Shown: one piece after another, positions 30,921 to 43,026 of the stretch | How positions within the stretch are numbered: position 1 is the first letter of the stretch | How the letters are laid out: the number at the start of each line of letters is the position of its first letter | Assembly (NCBI GenBank): GCA_964016885.1 | Contig: OZ024740.1 | Coordinates: 152,954,001 to 153,018,000 of the forward strand | From: Eledone cirrhosa | Taxonomy: Eukaryota | Length of the DNA: 64,000 nt | Direction of reading: 5' to 3' | Translations under genes and position numbers: made by a program | The notes under the pieces: generated by a model | The model's database searches: none | Told to the model about the DNA's origin: nothing | The model's input: the letters and a program-made list of their open reading frames with translations, nothing else

Positions 30921-31304
30921 GGGAGTGGCAACCCATCCAACCCATACCAGCATGGAAAACGAACATAACATGATGATAATAACAACCTTGGTGATGAATG
31001 AACGAAAATAAATACAGTTAAGTATTTATTTAATTCAAAACAATACTAATGTCCCTGTCACTTCATATCATTTAACCCTTAATATCTTTTAATTTAGCAG
31101 AAAATTATTGTTAATTCAAATATTTATATTATCTTCACTATTGGACAGATTATTTTTGTGAAAATTTAGATATTAGAGTAAAGATTAAAATGTTTAATGG
31201 GATGTTGTCAAAGTGCTGTTTTGAACTTTTTAAGAATGTTTTGTTAACGTGGCTTTGTGGTAGAGGGTGTTAAGAGTTAATATTTTAACAAATACATCAC
31301 TTAC

Positions 31305-31981
31305 CTGAATGGTAGAATTTGTTTAACAACAGACTTCTGTAAGTAATGGTCAACTCTGTAGATTTCTTCCTCTGTGTACCACTGAGAGAGAGAAGAAGCC
31401 AGTGTCTCCGAAGTTTTACGGTCATTCCCAAATGGTTTCTCCAGAACTAATCGTAACCAACTATTGGCCACATGTGATCGACAGTGTTTGTGTAGAAGCT
31501 GGGCTGTTTTCACATATGTGGCCGGTGGAGTTGATAGATAGAAAATACGACCAGCAATTGGTGTATCAGGTGAATGGCTTTCTTCGTCCAGTGCCATTTG
31601 ATGGCTTAAATTTTCATAATCTTCCTCAGCCTTCAGTTGGACATACCTAACAACCGTTATAAACCGTCTCTTGTGACTTTCACATGGCATATTGTAGCAT
31701 GTAACGGAACGGTCAATTATTTTCATGAGAGTGTCTTCGCCATAAGTTTTGTTTGCTCTCGCACCCCCATAAAAGAGAAAATAGAGACCTTCGTTTTCGA
31801 CTGCGTTTCTATAAGTTTCGAACATGCTATGCCATAGATATTTCTTAGCTAAATCTCCGGTAGCTCCAACCAAAACAACACTGATGTACTGATTAGCATC
31901 AATGGGTCGAAGGGCACCTATAAACATAGTGAACACCGCAACCAGAAAATTCTGACAAGAAAATATATTAAATAGCAACAT
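31305..31981 (-). CDS. H6PD: H6PD exon 1 (signal peptide and NADP-binding domain)
   Basis: Hydrophobic N-terminus, VVLVGATGDLAKKYLW, RIFYLSTPP, LRLVLEKPFG, YRVDHYL.K; donor AG/GTAAGT at 31305. Confidence 0.95.
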
Positions 31982-32517
31982 TTGTGGAAGACTTTCTTTA
32001 TATCCTTTATACGAGTGGTATCACTACGAAATGTAAATAACTTCGTTAAAGGATTGGTGTTTTTTTAAATTAATAGTGAGCTCAGCGTTTTTCCAGTACA
32101 ATACATATATCGATACAGTGCCTTATACAATAGAGCTATAGAGAGAGAAATCTCTTACGTTGAAATTATATTAAACATACAAGATAATTTCATTGGAGGG
32201 GGTCATAAATAATTTAGTATCAAAATTAAAAGCATTTCATAAAGCTGTCATTTTTTTAAATAAACAAAAATGTTGGATTAAAGATTTTGTTTATCCAATA
32301 CAATTTTATATGTATGTATATTTAGGTGTAAATGAATTGACTGGGAAATATTAACTTATAAAATATTGCATACGAGCAGAATAAGTGATTATCATATGTG
32401 TACATACACTAAGTGGATAAGTTTTTACCTTATTTAACAAATAATAGTATTAGTTTCAGACATCGTCACCTATAGGAAAGGGTTTCTTGTAATATTTACG
32501 TCAATAACATAACACCG

Positions 32518-32840
32518 GTCTCTCTGTATATAGCCACCTACTTTTCTCTCTCTTTATATAGTAATCCCCTTCTCTCTCACTATCTCTAAAGAGCTAACTC
32601 CCTCTCTCTATCTCTCTGTATATAGCCACCTACTTTTCTCTCTCTTTATATAGCACCCCCTCTCTCTCATTATCTCTAAAGGGCTACCGCCCTCTCTCTA
32701 TCTCTCTTTATATAGCAACCTCCTCTTCTCTCTCTCTAAAGAGCTACCTCTCTATCTCTCTGAATATAGCCACCTCTCTTCTCTCTCTCACTATCTCTTT
32801 ATATAGGTACATCCCTTTCTCTTTCTCTTTACATAGCCAT
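32518..32840. repeat. CT-rich minisatellite (ctctct.tatatagccacc units)
   Basis: Repeated ~24-30 bp pyrimidine-rich units. Confidence 0.8.
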
Positions 32841-33110
32841 TTATATATGAACCTAATATAACAGTGTAAAATTGCCTCCAATGTTTTGTTTGTTTCATTT
32901 ATTAACTATATATATATATATGTGTGCGTGTGTGTGTCGTAAACTAGCGGTTCGACAAAAAAAATCGATCGATAAAATGAATATAAGACTTGGAAAATAG
33001 GTACTGGGGTCGATATGACTGACTATGTCAAGGTGGTGCCCCAACATGACCGCTGTCAAATGAATGACTGAAACAAGTAGGATATTACACACACATTATA
33101 TATATATATA

Positions 33111-33274
33111 TATTTAATTAGAAAGTGAACAACACAAAATATAACTACTCCATTACCAAAGGTTTCTGGATCACAGACGATAATAATATACCTCTAGATC
33201 GGTCTGACGACCGATCCAGAAACCTTTGGTATTGGAGTAGTTATATTCTGTGTGGGTCACTTTCTAATTAAATA
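33111..33274. repeat. inverted repeat (62 bp arms 33111-33172 and 33213-33274)
   Basis: tatttaattagaaagtga...ggtttctggatc pairs with gatccagaaacc...cactttctaattaaata. Confidence 0.85.
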
Positions 33275-33993
33275 GCTCTGTTCTATACATAGAGCACTCT
33301 TTTTTTCCTTTACTTTTCTTTCAGAATTACCTTTTATTTAACTTTGCCTTTCATCCTTACAGGGTCGATAAAATAAAGTACCAGTAATGCACTGAATAAT
33401 TGCTGGCCTTGTGCCAAAAGTAGAAACAATTATATATATATACAATATATTAATAAATGGAAACTATATTTATAAAACCATATTTATTTTATTATACATA
33501 TATGCACGTGTGTGTTTGTGTTTATATGTGGTGTGGATGTGGGTGGCGTGGTGCGAAAAAAATATCAGCTGTCGTTTTATACAATTCTTCTGCTCTACTA
33601 GCAGAATCAGAATTCGGCACCAATTACTGCACACATTTCCTCATAGAACACATACAAATAAAGACTCCTTCACACACGTGCAATTGATTTTGAATTTTTT
33701 TTTTTACAATCGTAACCAAAAACCTTTTGTTTTTTTCTTAAAAGCAGTTTATAACAAAGTCTTTTCATTTCTCACAAGGACAAATATGGAATTTTCAGAT
33801 TTTTTGAAGCATTATATAAATTATGTTATATTACTCTTTCTTCTTTTTTATTTATTTGTCGAATATTTTAAATATTTAGTCATCCGAAACGACATTTAAC
33901 AATTGTGTAACATCTTTAACATCTGAGCCTTGTCGCCAGATATTTACTGCTCTTCTATCATTTAAGACAGCCACTTCCGACTTATAACCCAAC

Positions 33994-34172
33994 ATGGTCA
34001 GTAATTTAGCATTAGGGATTGAAAAAGCTACACTACTTTTAAATGACCCAACATCACTATGTGTACAAAAAGACAGCGATGAAGAAATAGCTATTCCGCC
34101 TGCTTTTATTGGAAAGGTAAAGGAAGGTATTAAATTTCGTTTGGACTGCGAAATCAACACATTTTCTCGTCG
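33994..34172 (+). CDS. POLR1F: RNA polymerase I subunit RPA43, exon 1
   Basis: AACATGG start; EIAIPPAFIGKVKEGI resembles the RPA43 N-terminus; CG/GTAAGT donor, phase 2. Confidence 0.85.
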
Positions 34173-35829
34173 GTAAGTTTTCAGTATTCAAGCACATGTA
34201 TTTTGTAACATGGACTTAATCATGACTTCAATTGTTCTGCGTGGAATATTAGGCAAATATCTTTATCATAACATCATCGGGTTACCCAGATCTTGTTAGT
34301 GATATTGGATAAACGGAAAACTGTAGAAACCTGTTTGGATCGACTGTACTTATAATCAAAAGGTCCATGATTCGGCTAGGGAATTACTTTAAAGGTACAC
34401 ATTTCTGTGGAATACTCAGCCACTTAACCTATGAATCGGACATTCCGTTGATCATCGTAACCGACAGAGCATTTATCCCTCCTAATAGTTTAAACAGATT
34501 TAAATCTATCTCACCATCCCAGTGTTCTACGTTCCACGTGCTTTGTTTTATTATTTTTCCGTGGCTTTTGTTATTCTTTTCACTGAGACTTGATATAGTT
34601 AAGCATCGGATGAGTCCTGATCATGGACATTACATATATCTATTTTGAAGAAAATTGATATATCTCCTCAGATTCACCGGATTCATTTCGTATGCTGGTT
34701 TGTATTCGATTCTTGCGGCGCGCTGTATCCTTGAGCAAGACTTTATTTCACGTTGCTCCAGTTCACTCAGTGTAGGAGTCACGAAAAAAAGCACCAAGCA
34801 CACACTGTAAGTGTGGCTGGCGTTAGGAAGGGCACCCAGCCGTAGAAACCAAGCCAGAAACAGTTCTGTGTGAACAAGACAGTCACCTGACCCAACTTAC
34901 CTCAAACGAGACAACCCGTCTAACCCATGCTAGCGTAGTGAAATGGACGTTAAACGGTGTTGATATATGTATATAGTTTAGGGATTGTAACGTCAAGTTA
35001 GTGTAGGTTTACCAAACTGAGCACTCGATGCATAGTCTCTAGTACATACTTAGAGGTGTACTATGCAGAGTGTAAAATAATAATATGGACGAGGTGTCAA
35101 ATTTTCATTACGTTTGAGGTGTGACGCACGTTTAGCGATTGATCAGCTCAATGTTCGATTTGTATCGATCGAGCCCGACTCTGGAATCAAAAGCTCATCA
35201 GACTTCTGTTGAGACCGATGAGATTTGTTTCCTATATATATACTGTATATTATTCTATATTTTAAATTTAAAACAACAAAAATAAAATTATTATTAGATA
35301 TTGAAACCCCTTTGTTGTAACTTTTACCCCAACCTGTCTATATATATATTTGCTGGTGTGTAAGCGTGATGCAAACCCCTGCTTCATCTCAGAGGTCAGT
35401 CGGCCTGCTTAGGTACTGACTTGGTCTGCTGTAACCTATCCAACCCTTGCTGGCAGAGAAAACTGTTGTTAAATGATGATGAAAAATTCAGTATAACATC
35501 CATCTGTTACATAACTGTTTCTGTAACAATCTTGCTCACAACTCAGCAAATATGATTTACACAATGAAAATTGCAAAACCATTTACAGCTGGACTTGAAA
35601 GAATTTTGTCATATCGCATATCCCCGAGACCCCAAAGAAAGGTGCCGACATTAGCTTCAATGTATATATGTAATGTTCTTTACCAGCTCTGTCCTGGAAA
35701 AGCTCTAATTTATGGCATATGGTAAAACTCCAATGTAATTGTTATGGTAAAGTTACTAATTATATATTATAACTACTTTATTTAGTCAACTGGTTTGTTT
35801 AATCTTAATATTATACTTTTTTCTTTTAG

Positions 35830-36315
35830 GTTAGATGGAGTCATATTGGCTTATAAAGACCTTAAATTGCTCAGTTCTGAAGGCAGCATACAAGGAGATC
35901 GGCCTTTTATTTATTTTAAGATGAAGATTAGTTATATTGTGTTCCAACCCAAAGTTGGAAGTACTTTAACAGGTGTCATCAAAGAGATTTATACCAGCCA
36001 TGTAGTGTGTGTTGTACATGGACTATTCAATGCTACTGTGATTAAATCTAGTGATGACTCTACATGGAACATTAATACTTTTAGAGTAAGCAATTTACTG
36101 GAGTTCACAGTGAAGGAATTACACTCAACACCTAAATTATTCTCCATGAAAGGTAAACTAAACAGAATCATTGAAACAGACTCTATTGTAAAAGAAGAGA
36201 AAATGAAAAAAAAGAAAAGAGATGAATCTGAATATATTAGTTCTAACAATAAGAGTTTAAAAATCAGCAATCATGAAGTAAATGGCTATACACACGATCT
36301 TATTGATGATTGCAG
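35830..36315 (+). CDS. POLR1F: RPA43 exon 2
   Basis: ttttag acceptor; LDGVILAY, IVFQPKVGSTLTGVI, SHVVCVVHGLFNATV are the RPA43 OB-fold signature; AG/GTAAA donor. Confidence 0.92.
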
Positions 36316-38008
36316 GTAAAATTGTCATTTTTCTTTCTTTATGAACTTGTCATCCTCATTATCATTGTTCAATGTCCATTTTCCACACTAGCATAGGCAG
36401 GAAGGGTTGTCCCTTTGGGAAGATTCAGTTGGAGGACCATGTTTCGCTTACACAGGCTTGATTTTGGCTTGGATTCTATAGCTAGATGACCTTCCTAACG
36501 CCAACCACACAGTGTGTGCTGGGTTCTTTTTGACATGACACCTACACGACTACTTTACAGTGTTGTCTGGGCACTTTTTGTTGCCAACACAACCACTCTA
36601 TAGTGTGGACTGGACGCCTTTTGTCATGACTCCTACACGACCACTTTACAGAGTGGACTGGGCTCTTTTGTCTTGACACATATATAACCACTATACAGTG
36701 AGGGCTGGGTACTTTTGTCGTGGCTCCAGAGGCACTTCATTGTGTGAGATGGGAACTGGGGAAATTGAGGACGTAATTAATAGGGGGGGGGGTTACAGCC
36801 AGGGAGGTTTAATCCCTTAATGCAACACCACTTGTTTTAAGGTGTTTACATTTATTGAAAACCTTCCATTATAATTTTATGTAAGAACCTTTGTTCAAAC
36901 ATAAGATTGACTCTTAACATCCTATAAGGATTTAGCATAAAATATCTAAACGCAGTTTTGTTAATACAAATGTTTGCAGTATCTTTATTGGTGGACAGGT
37001 CATAGTGAAAATTGGAAGCACAGTAAAGATTTTAATTTTTAATGTGATGCAGTCTTATTATTTGACATTTTACCTTTCTCAAGAATGCAGTTTCATGTGG
37101 TACAGGACATTGAAAGTTAAAATTAATTGAAACCTATAGGCAGTTTGTTTCATTCATCATTTTACGTCCGCTTTTCCCTGCTTGCGTAACAAAATGTCTA
37201 AACATCAACTGTACACCTCTGTAGATCTCACATATTTAGAATTTCAGAGATGGCGCTTTGCATCAGTCAGATTTTACTAACATTACTCATGTTACTTATC
37301 TTTTTATCCCCACATTGCAATGGTAACTGATAATTTTTTGTTGTTGTTGCTTGATTCACAAAGTATGTTAACATTCAGTTTTAACAATTGTGTTTCATGT
37401 ATATGATTTCCCTAGGTTCTTTTACCAACTGAAGTAATAGCTTCCTAAACTTCTTTCAACCTATTTTTATATCTATTAGTTAGGTGAGAAAGAGCATTAA
37501 ATATCATGTCACATGTATGCATAAATGTAATGCACTTGTATAAATCTATTCTACAATTATGTGCAAAATTTTGAGAAATGTTTAATTCCAAATAAAAGTA
37601 AATTTAATCCTTTTGATACCAAAGTACCCCTCGATCTATGATATAAAACTATGTTTTAAAGAGTCTATATTTATCTAAAACCTTCCATCATAATTTTATG
37701 TAAGAATCTTTAAGTTATGCTCCAAATACTGGTTTAATGAGAAAGTTAACTATACTACTAAATTCCAAAAGTTTTTATTTTCAAAATTAATTGAAAATCA
37801 TATACAGTGTATATTATTAAAAATATAGTAATGAATGTGTTACACAATGTTGTTAAATATAAAAAAAAAATGATCAAAGTTAACTTAATTTCACGACACT
37901 TGAATCACAGCTCACAGTTCTGAAAACTCTGGTTTAAAGAAATACTAGCTTTACAACTCTATAATAATTTTGAGTTTCTTCTCATTTGTTTTTGTTGTTT
38001 TTTTTCAG

Positions 38009-38072
38009 TACTCCTGTGAAGAAAAAAAAAAAGAAAAAGAAAAAAATTGAAGAAAAAGAAGAAGCTAGCTGA
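38009..38072 (+). CDS. POLR1F: RPA43 exon 3 (lysine-rich tail STPVKKKKKKKKKIEEKEEAS*)
   Basis: Strong pyrimidine tract and cag acceptor, phase matches exon 2; basic tails are typical of RPA43; AATAAA at 38207. Confidence 0.78.
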
Positions 38073-38206
38073 CTGAATCCTTCATTGATTTGTTCAGCAG
38101 TGGCTTGAAAATCACTTATCATATTTTCAATACTTACAGCAATGGAACAGATCCATGTGACACTACAGAACTGATATCACCATTCATCTTTCATCTTTAC
38201 GAGGAA

Positions 38207-38212
38207 AATAAA
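38207..38212 (+). promoter_or_regulatory. candidate polyadenylation signal of POLR1F
   Basis: AATAAA 135 nt after the stop. Confidence 0.5.
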
Positions 38213-38832
38213 TTATATATTTTCTAAATATTTGGTCATTTGCATTCATTAGGCAAGAGGAAATCATCAATCTCAGTGTGTTACTGATATTTTATTTCAT
38301 CAACCCCGTAAGGACAAAAGACAAAGCTAATCTCGGTGGGACTTAAACTCAGAATATAAAGGGTTGTAACTATATGCCACAAAGCATACTGTTTGACACT
38401 GCTAATAACAACCACCATATATATTTTCATCAACATCATCAGCTTTCCATACAGGCATAGGTTGGAGTTTGTCCCCAGTCTGAGCACATGAATCAAATCA
38501 ACCCAACCCATCTTCCCATGGCTGGATGCTTTGTTTTTTCGTGTTGGCATGCGTTCGGTGAAGAAAGACTAGGTGAGGGCCCTAAGAAAAGAAAGGTTTG
38601 TTACTTCTCTCCTTACATTCCTAACAAATGGGATGATGAGTCTTCTGTTGATCCTGTGTCATCTCCAGTCAGCCTTAGTTAGGAATCAGTGGAATCAAAC
38701 TCAATACCATTGGGTTGTAAAATAAACTTGACTATATAGCCATACCCTGTACCTATATAATTTGTAGAAATTCATTTGATTTAAAAACAAAAACAAAGCC
38801 AGTAATTTTTTTTTTTAGAATTGGTAAAATTA

Positions 38833-38838
38833 TTTATT
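38833..38838 (-). promoter_or_regulatory. candidate polyadenylation signal of METTL13
   Basis: AATAAA on the minus strand 23 nt after the stop. Confidence 0.5.
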
Positions 38839-38860
38839 TAATTTCCTAGAGAAGCCAATA

Positions 38861-39132
38861 CTAGGAAACACTTAAATGCTTGAGGGATTCTGTTAATTCA
38901 TTACTATTTAGTTTGGTACATTTATCAATAAGTCGTAGTCTCTTTAGAAACTCAGCAGGAAGCCGCGACTCTGTAGTCTGTATTTTGGTAGTTTCAGGAA
39001 ACACATAGAGTATGACATTGACTTCAACTTCAATACTAGTCTGGTATATACTCTGGAATTCCGTTTTGATTCGATTTAATGCTTCTTTACGTATAATTTC
39101 ATTGAAGAACAGAGTATTTATCACTAGAACAC
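38861..39132 (-). CDS. METTL13: eEF1A lysine and N-terminal methyltransferase, last exon
   Basis: tttcag acceptor, phase 1; GVLVIN...IEVEVNVILY; stop TAG. Confidence 0.88.
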
Positions 39133-40456
39133 CTGAAAGAGAACAAATATAGAAATTATATTTTATCACCATCAACGTTTCTCCATGCTTACATTGGTTA
39201 GACCTGAAACTAGACCTGTCAGATGTTCCATTTTTGGCATGATTTCTAATGCCAACCACTTTACAGCATGTACTGGGAGCATTAGCACAACACCATTACA
39301 GGGTGGGCTGAGTGCATTTTATTGTGGCATCAGTACTACCACTATACAGGGCAAGTTGAGTGTATTTTATCGTGGTACTAGCACTGTCACTTTACAGAGT
39401 AGGTTGGATGCATTTTATCATGGTATATTCTTAAATATTAAGTTACAATAGTAAAACAGATTGATGTGGTTATATTATTTTCTATTGTTTCTATCATTAC
39501 TTACTGAATTGTCTTTTAATGCTGTCAGTTATATTTACTCTAGTTGGGTAAAGATTTTTATTTAACAATAGCATTACAGTATGATTCAGAAGATACATAC
39601 ATTTAGTCTCACTGTAATGATATCAAAAGATGTTGAGATATAGAAGACAAACCATTCAATGGATGTTTATTTACATAAAATGCAAGCTTGACCAGCTAGT
39701 ATTAATTACTAGTAGCACTAACACAGTGTGATTCGGAATAAAGGCTTATATAAACCCATATACAATATGTTTAATAAACATTCATATTCTGAGTTTTTAG
39801 TAACTAACAATGTAGCAACTTTATGCATTCAAATAGTACTAAATAAGGTGGTTCTTAAAGATCAGAATGAAAGAATGCCCATAGAAAGTGAACATTTATT
39901 TCCTTATATTGTTTAATCAGAGGGAGAAACACTCTTTTTGAGGTCTCCAAGACTGACGTGAGAAAAAATGAAGGTATCCTCAAACTAGAGATATGATCAG
40001 AATGGATGCTGCTAGAATCACCCTAGTAGGCTTCAACACGATGGAAAATAAAAAAACGCCATGACAAATACCACAAAGTATCTTGATCCTCCAACTATCT
40101 AAAAATTCCGTTTACTGTCCTGGATAGGTTCTTGTTGACCTCGACAGGATCTACAATTCTTTGCCTGACTAACACAGTAAAAATAAACTATGACTAATGG
40201 ATTATAATTTATCTCATTTACTGAAAAATATATATATAATAATTGTTTCCACTTTTAGCACAAGGCCAGCAATTATCTCAGTGCATTACTGGTGCTTTAT
40301 TTTATCAACCCCGTAAGGATTAAAGACAGTTAACTTCGGCAGGATTTGAAATCAGAATGTAAAAGGTCATAACTCTATGCTGCAAAGCATGGTGTCTGAT
40401 GCTCTGCCAATCCACATTGTTGACTCAATAATCAAGACAAATTGTAAGTGTATTTG

Positions 40457-40685
40457 AAATTCATAGGAATAATTTGAAAACTCGAAAGCAAGGAATAGCT
40501 GTTAAAACAACTGAATGACAACAGCATTTAAATTGGGTAAAAATACCCCTAAAGACAGAAATCAGAGGCTAAGTGATTACTAGCCACTGATTTCTGTCCT
40601 TAGGGGTATTTTTACCTGATTTACATGCTGTTGTCATTGAACGCTATTCCTTGCATTCAAGTTTTCAAATTATTTCTATGAATTT
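40457..40685. repeat. long hairpin (~105-115 bp arms, short loop) in the last METTL13 intron
   Basis: aaattcataggaataatttgaaaact...gacagaaatcagaggcta / tagccactgatttctgtc...agttttcaaattatttctatgaattt. Confidence 0.88.
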
Positions 40686-42894
40686 ATATAATAAATCAGA
40701 GCTAGTTGCTGAGATGGTAGAACACACCTTAACCACCAGTATCATAAACTAAGTAATACAAAATAGTACTATAGTCAATGACTGGTTTAACAGCATCATT
40801 GTCAACTGCTACAAGGGAAAAGCTGATGCACTAGATAGAGGAAATTACCAAATTTCAAATTGATGAACCAGGTCATGAAAGTTACAGAAAGAGTACAACT
40901 GATTAAATATCAAATTAACCTAGATGAGATGCAGTTTGGGTTTGTGCCAGGTAAAAGTACCAAAGTATTTTATCAAGTCGATGTGCACTTGATGGAACTA
41001 AAGAGTCTTTTCGACCTTCTGGGAGGATTTTAAAATAAATTGTTTTTACCCCATATTTTATCTTCAATTTTTTAAAACGATTCAAAGATTAAAAATAGAA
41101 TGTTTGGCTCAGCAATAACATGCCTGCTGGTTTATAAATTCACAATTTTCAAACCAATCAAATTCACTGACAAGACATTAGTCAGTTTCAGGCTACAGTA
41201 GAACACGTGCCAAGGTACCATGTAGTGGGGTGGAACCTAAAACCAGGTAGGTCCGAAGTGAATGTCTTCAACACACAGCAATGACAGTAAATTAGCTTTA
41301 TTTAATGTCCACTTTCCATGCAGGCAAGAGTTGGATGGGTTGCCACAGTCTGAAACCAGACTGGTTGGAGCAACCCATTCATGCTCGTTATGTTCCATAT
41401 TTGGCATGGTTTCTAAAACGGGATGCCCTTCCTAATACTAATTGCCTTACAGAGTGTAGTGGGTATATTTTGAAATATGATGTTGCATGGGCAGTGACTG
41501 CAGTGGACATGCATAGATTGGAGAGAAATGAAGCAACCATGCTTCATTGGATGTGCAGTGTAAATGTGAGAGAAAGACAGCACATGGATGAACTGAGGGA
41601 GAAACTGGGTTTAAGAGGAATCTGAAGTGTGCAAGAGACGACTACGTTAGTACAGATATGTCATCATCATTTTACGTCAGCTTTTCCCTGCTTGCAAGGG
41701 TGATGCATATGGATAAAGGTCGCTGGGTGAATAAGTGCCAGGAAATCCCAGTGGATGGAAGTCACGGTAAAGGTTGAACAAGGAAGACCTGAGCAGAGGT
41801 GGTGAGAACTGATCTCAAATCGCTTAAACTCACAGAAGAGATGGGGAAGGAACGCAGCAAATGGAGAGATGCTGTGCTGAAAAGGACCCATCCAACCCAT
41901 GGAAGCATGGAAAAATGTACGTTAAAAGATAGTGATGACGATGATGACACCAGTATTACTACTTTACAAAGAGAACTGGGTGCACTTTATCATGGTACTA
42001 AAACATTACAGAGTGTACTGGGTGGCACCAGCACTAGAAAGGTTGTCACATGCTCAACCACACTAACGAGTCCTTTCAAACCCTATGTTGTTGCCTTTTG
42101 ATTGCCAAACATTGTAGCCTCTGACCTCTAACTTCATTTATTTTTACTGTTTTGCATGTTTCTTTATAAACTACAGCCATAAAAACTATCAATTTCTGCT
42201 ATGGATATTGCATTGCTAAACAACCATTCACAACGAGAGCCTTTACATGGTTCCTCAACCTGCTGGAAATAGCAACCACAATTTGATTTCCAGTTTTTAT
42301 TTTTTAAAATAAAACAGAATCATATCAGTTCTAGATAGGTAATATCTGAAAATGAGTTATAAATCACTCCCTGATCACTGGTCCTTTAATTCCTAATTGA
42401 GTCATAGGAACATTTTTTTGTAAAATTGGCAGAGCCTACTCCTCTCCAGGTTTGACCACAGCTGTTTTCTTCTAGAGGGAGAAAGAAGAATTGACCCCAG
42501 TATTGGAGTGTACTTTATTTATTAAACCTGAAAAGTTGAAAGACAAGGTTGGCCTCAGTGGGATTTGAATTCCAAGTGAAGAGAGCCAGAATGCATAAAT
42601 ATTGTAAAAGATTCAATCTAATACGACACAAACAACAGGCATTTTAAGGCCATTTTCCCTGCTTAAGAAGGGGCAGCTTTGCAGTCCCCCCATAACAAGC
42701 TTCATACTGATCAGAGATTTTGTTTTGAAGCAAGGTTTTACAACTGTTACCCTTCATGGCGTCCACCCTTTATCTGCCACATTGGGTTACAGGATACAAT
42801 GTACCTATTCTAGCAGGATATACACAGAAAGAAAAGATTTAAAAATAAGTAAAAAGATGATTATTGCAGAGTTACCAAAGATGACATAACTTAC

Positions 42895-43026
42895 CTTTGG
42901 GTGAAAGAATCCGTTTCATGTTCTTCAAGTTATCAGATTCAAGGAATGGTTTTGGTGGACACATTCCAATAAAAGTTTCATTGGGGTTCACATCCAAAAC
43001 AATCATGTCATATGGAATAAATTCCT
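42895..43026 (-). CDS. METTL13: METTL13 exon
   Basis: EEFIPYDMIVLDVNPNETFIGMCPPKPFL...ILSPKG; AG/GT boundaries, phase 1/1. Confidence 0.9.

Larger units (their letters stand above)
31982..33993. promoter_or_regulatory. putative shared (bidirectional) promoter interval of H6PD and POLR1F
   Basis: Divergent ATGs 2.0 kb apart; CpG appears more frequent near both starts; TSS not determinable. Confidence 0.45.

Noticed and set aside
33203-33222. CTGACGA...GAAAC hammerhead-like motif
   Set aside because: The intervening bases cannot form stem II; better explained by the local gatcggtc/gaccgatc hairpin
33411-33899. 162-aa ORF upstream of POLR1F
   Set aside because: Starts in a SINE tail at GTG, low-complexity composition, no recognisable domain
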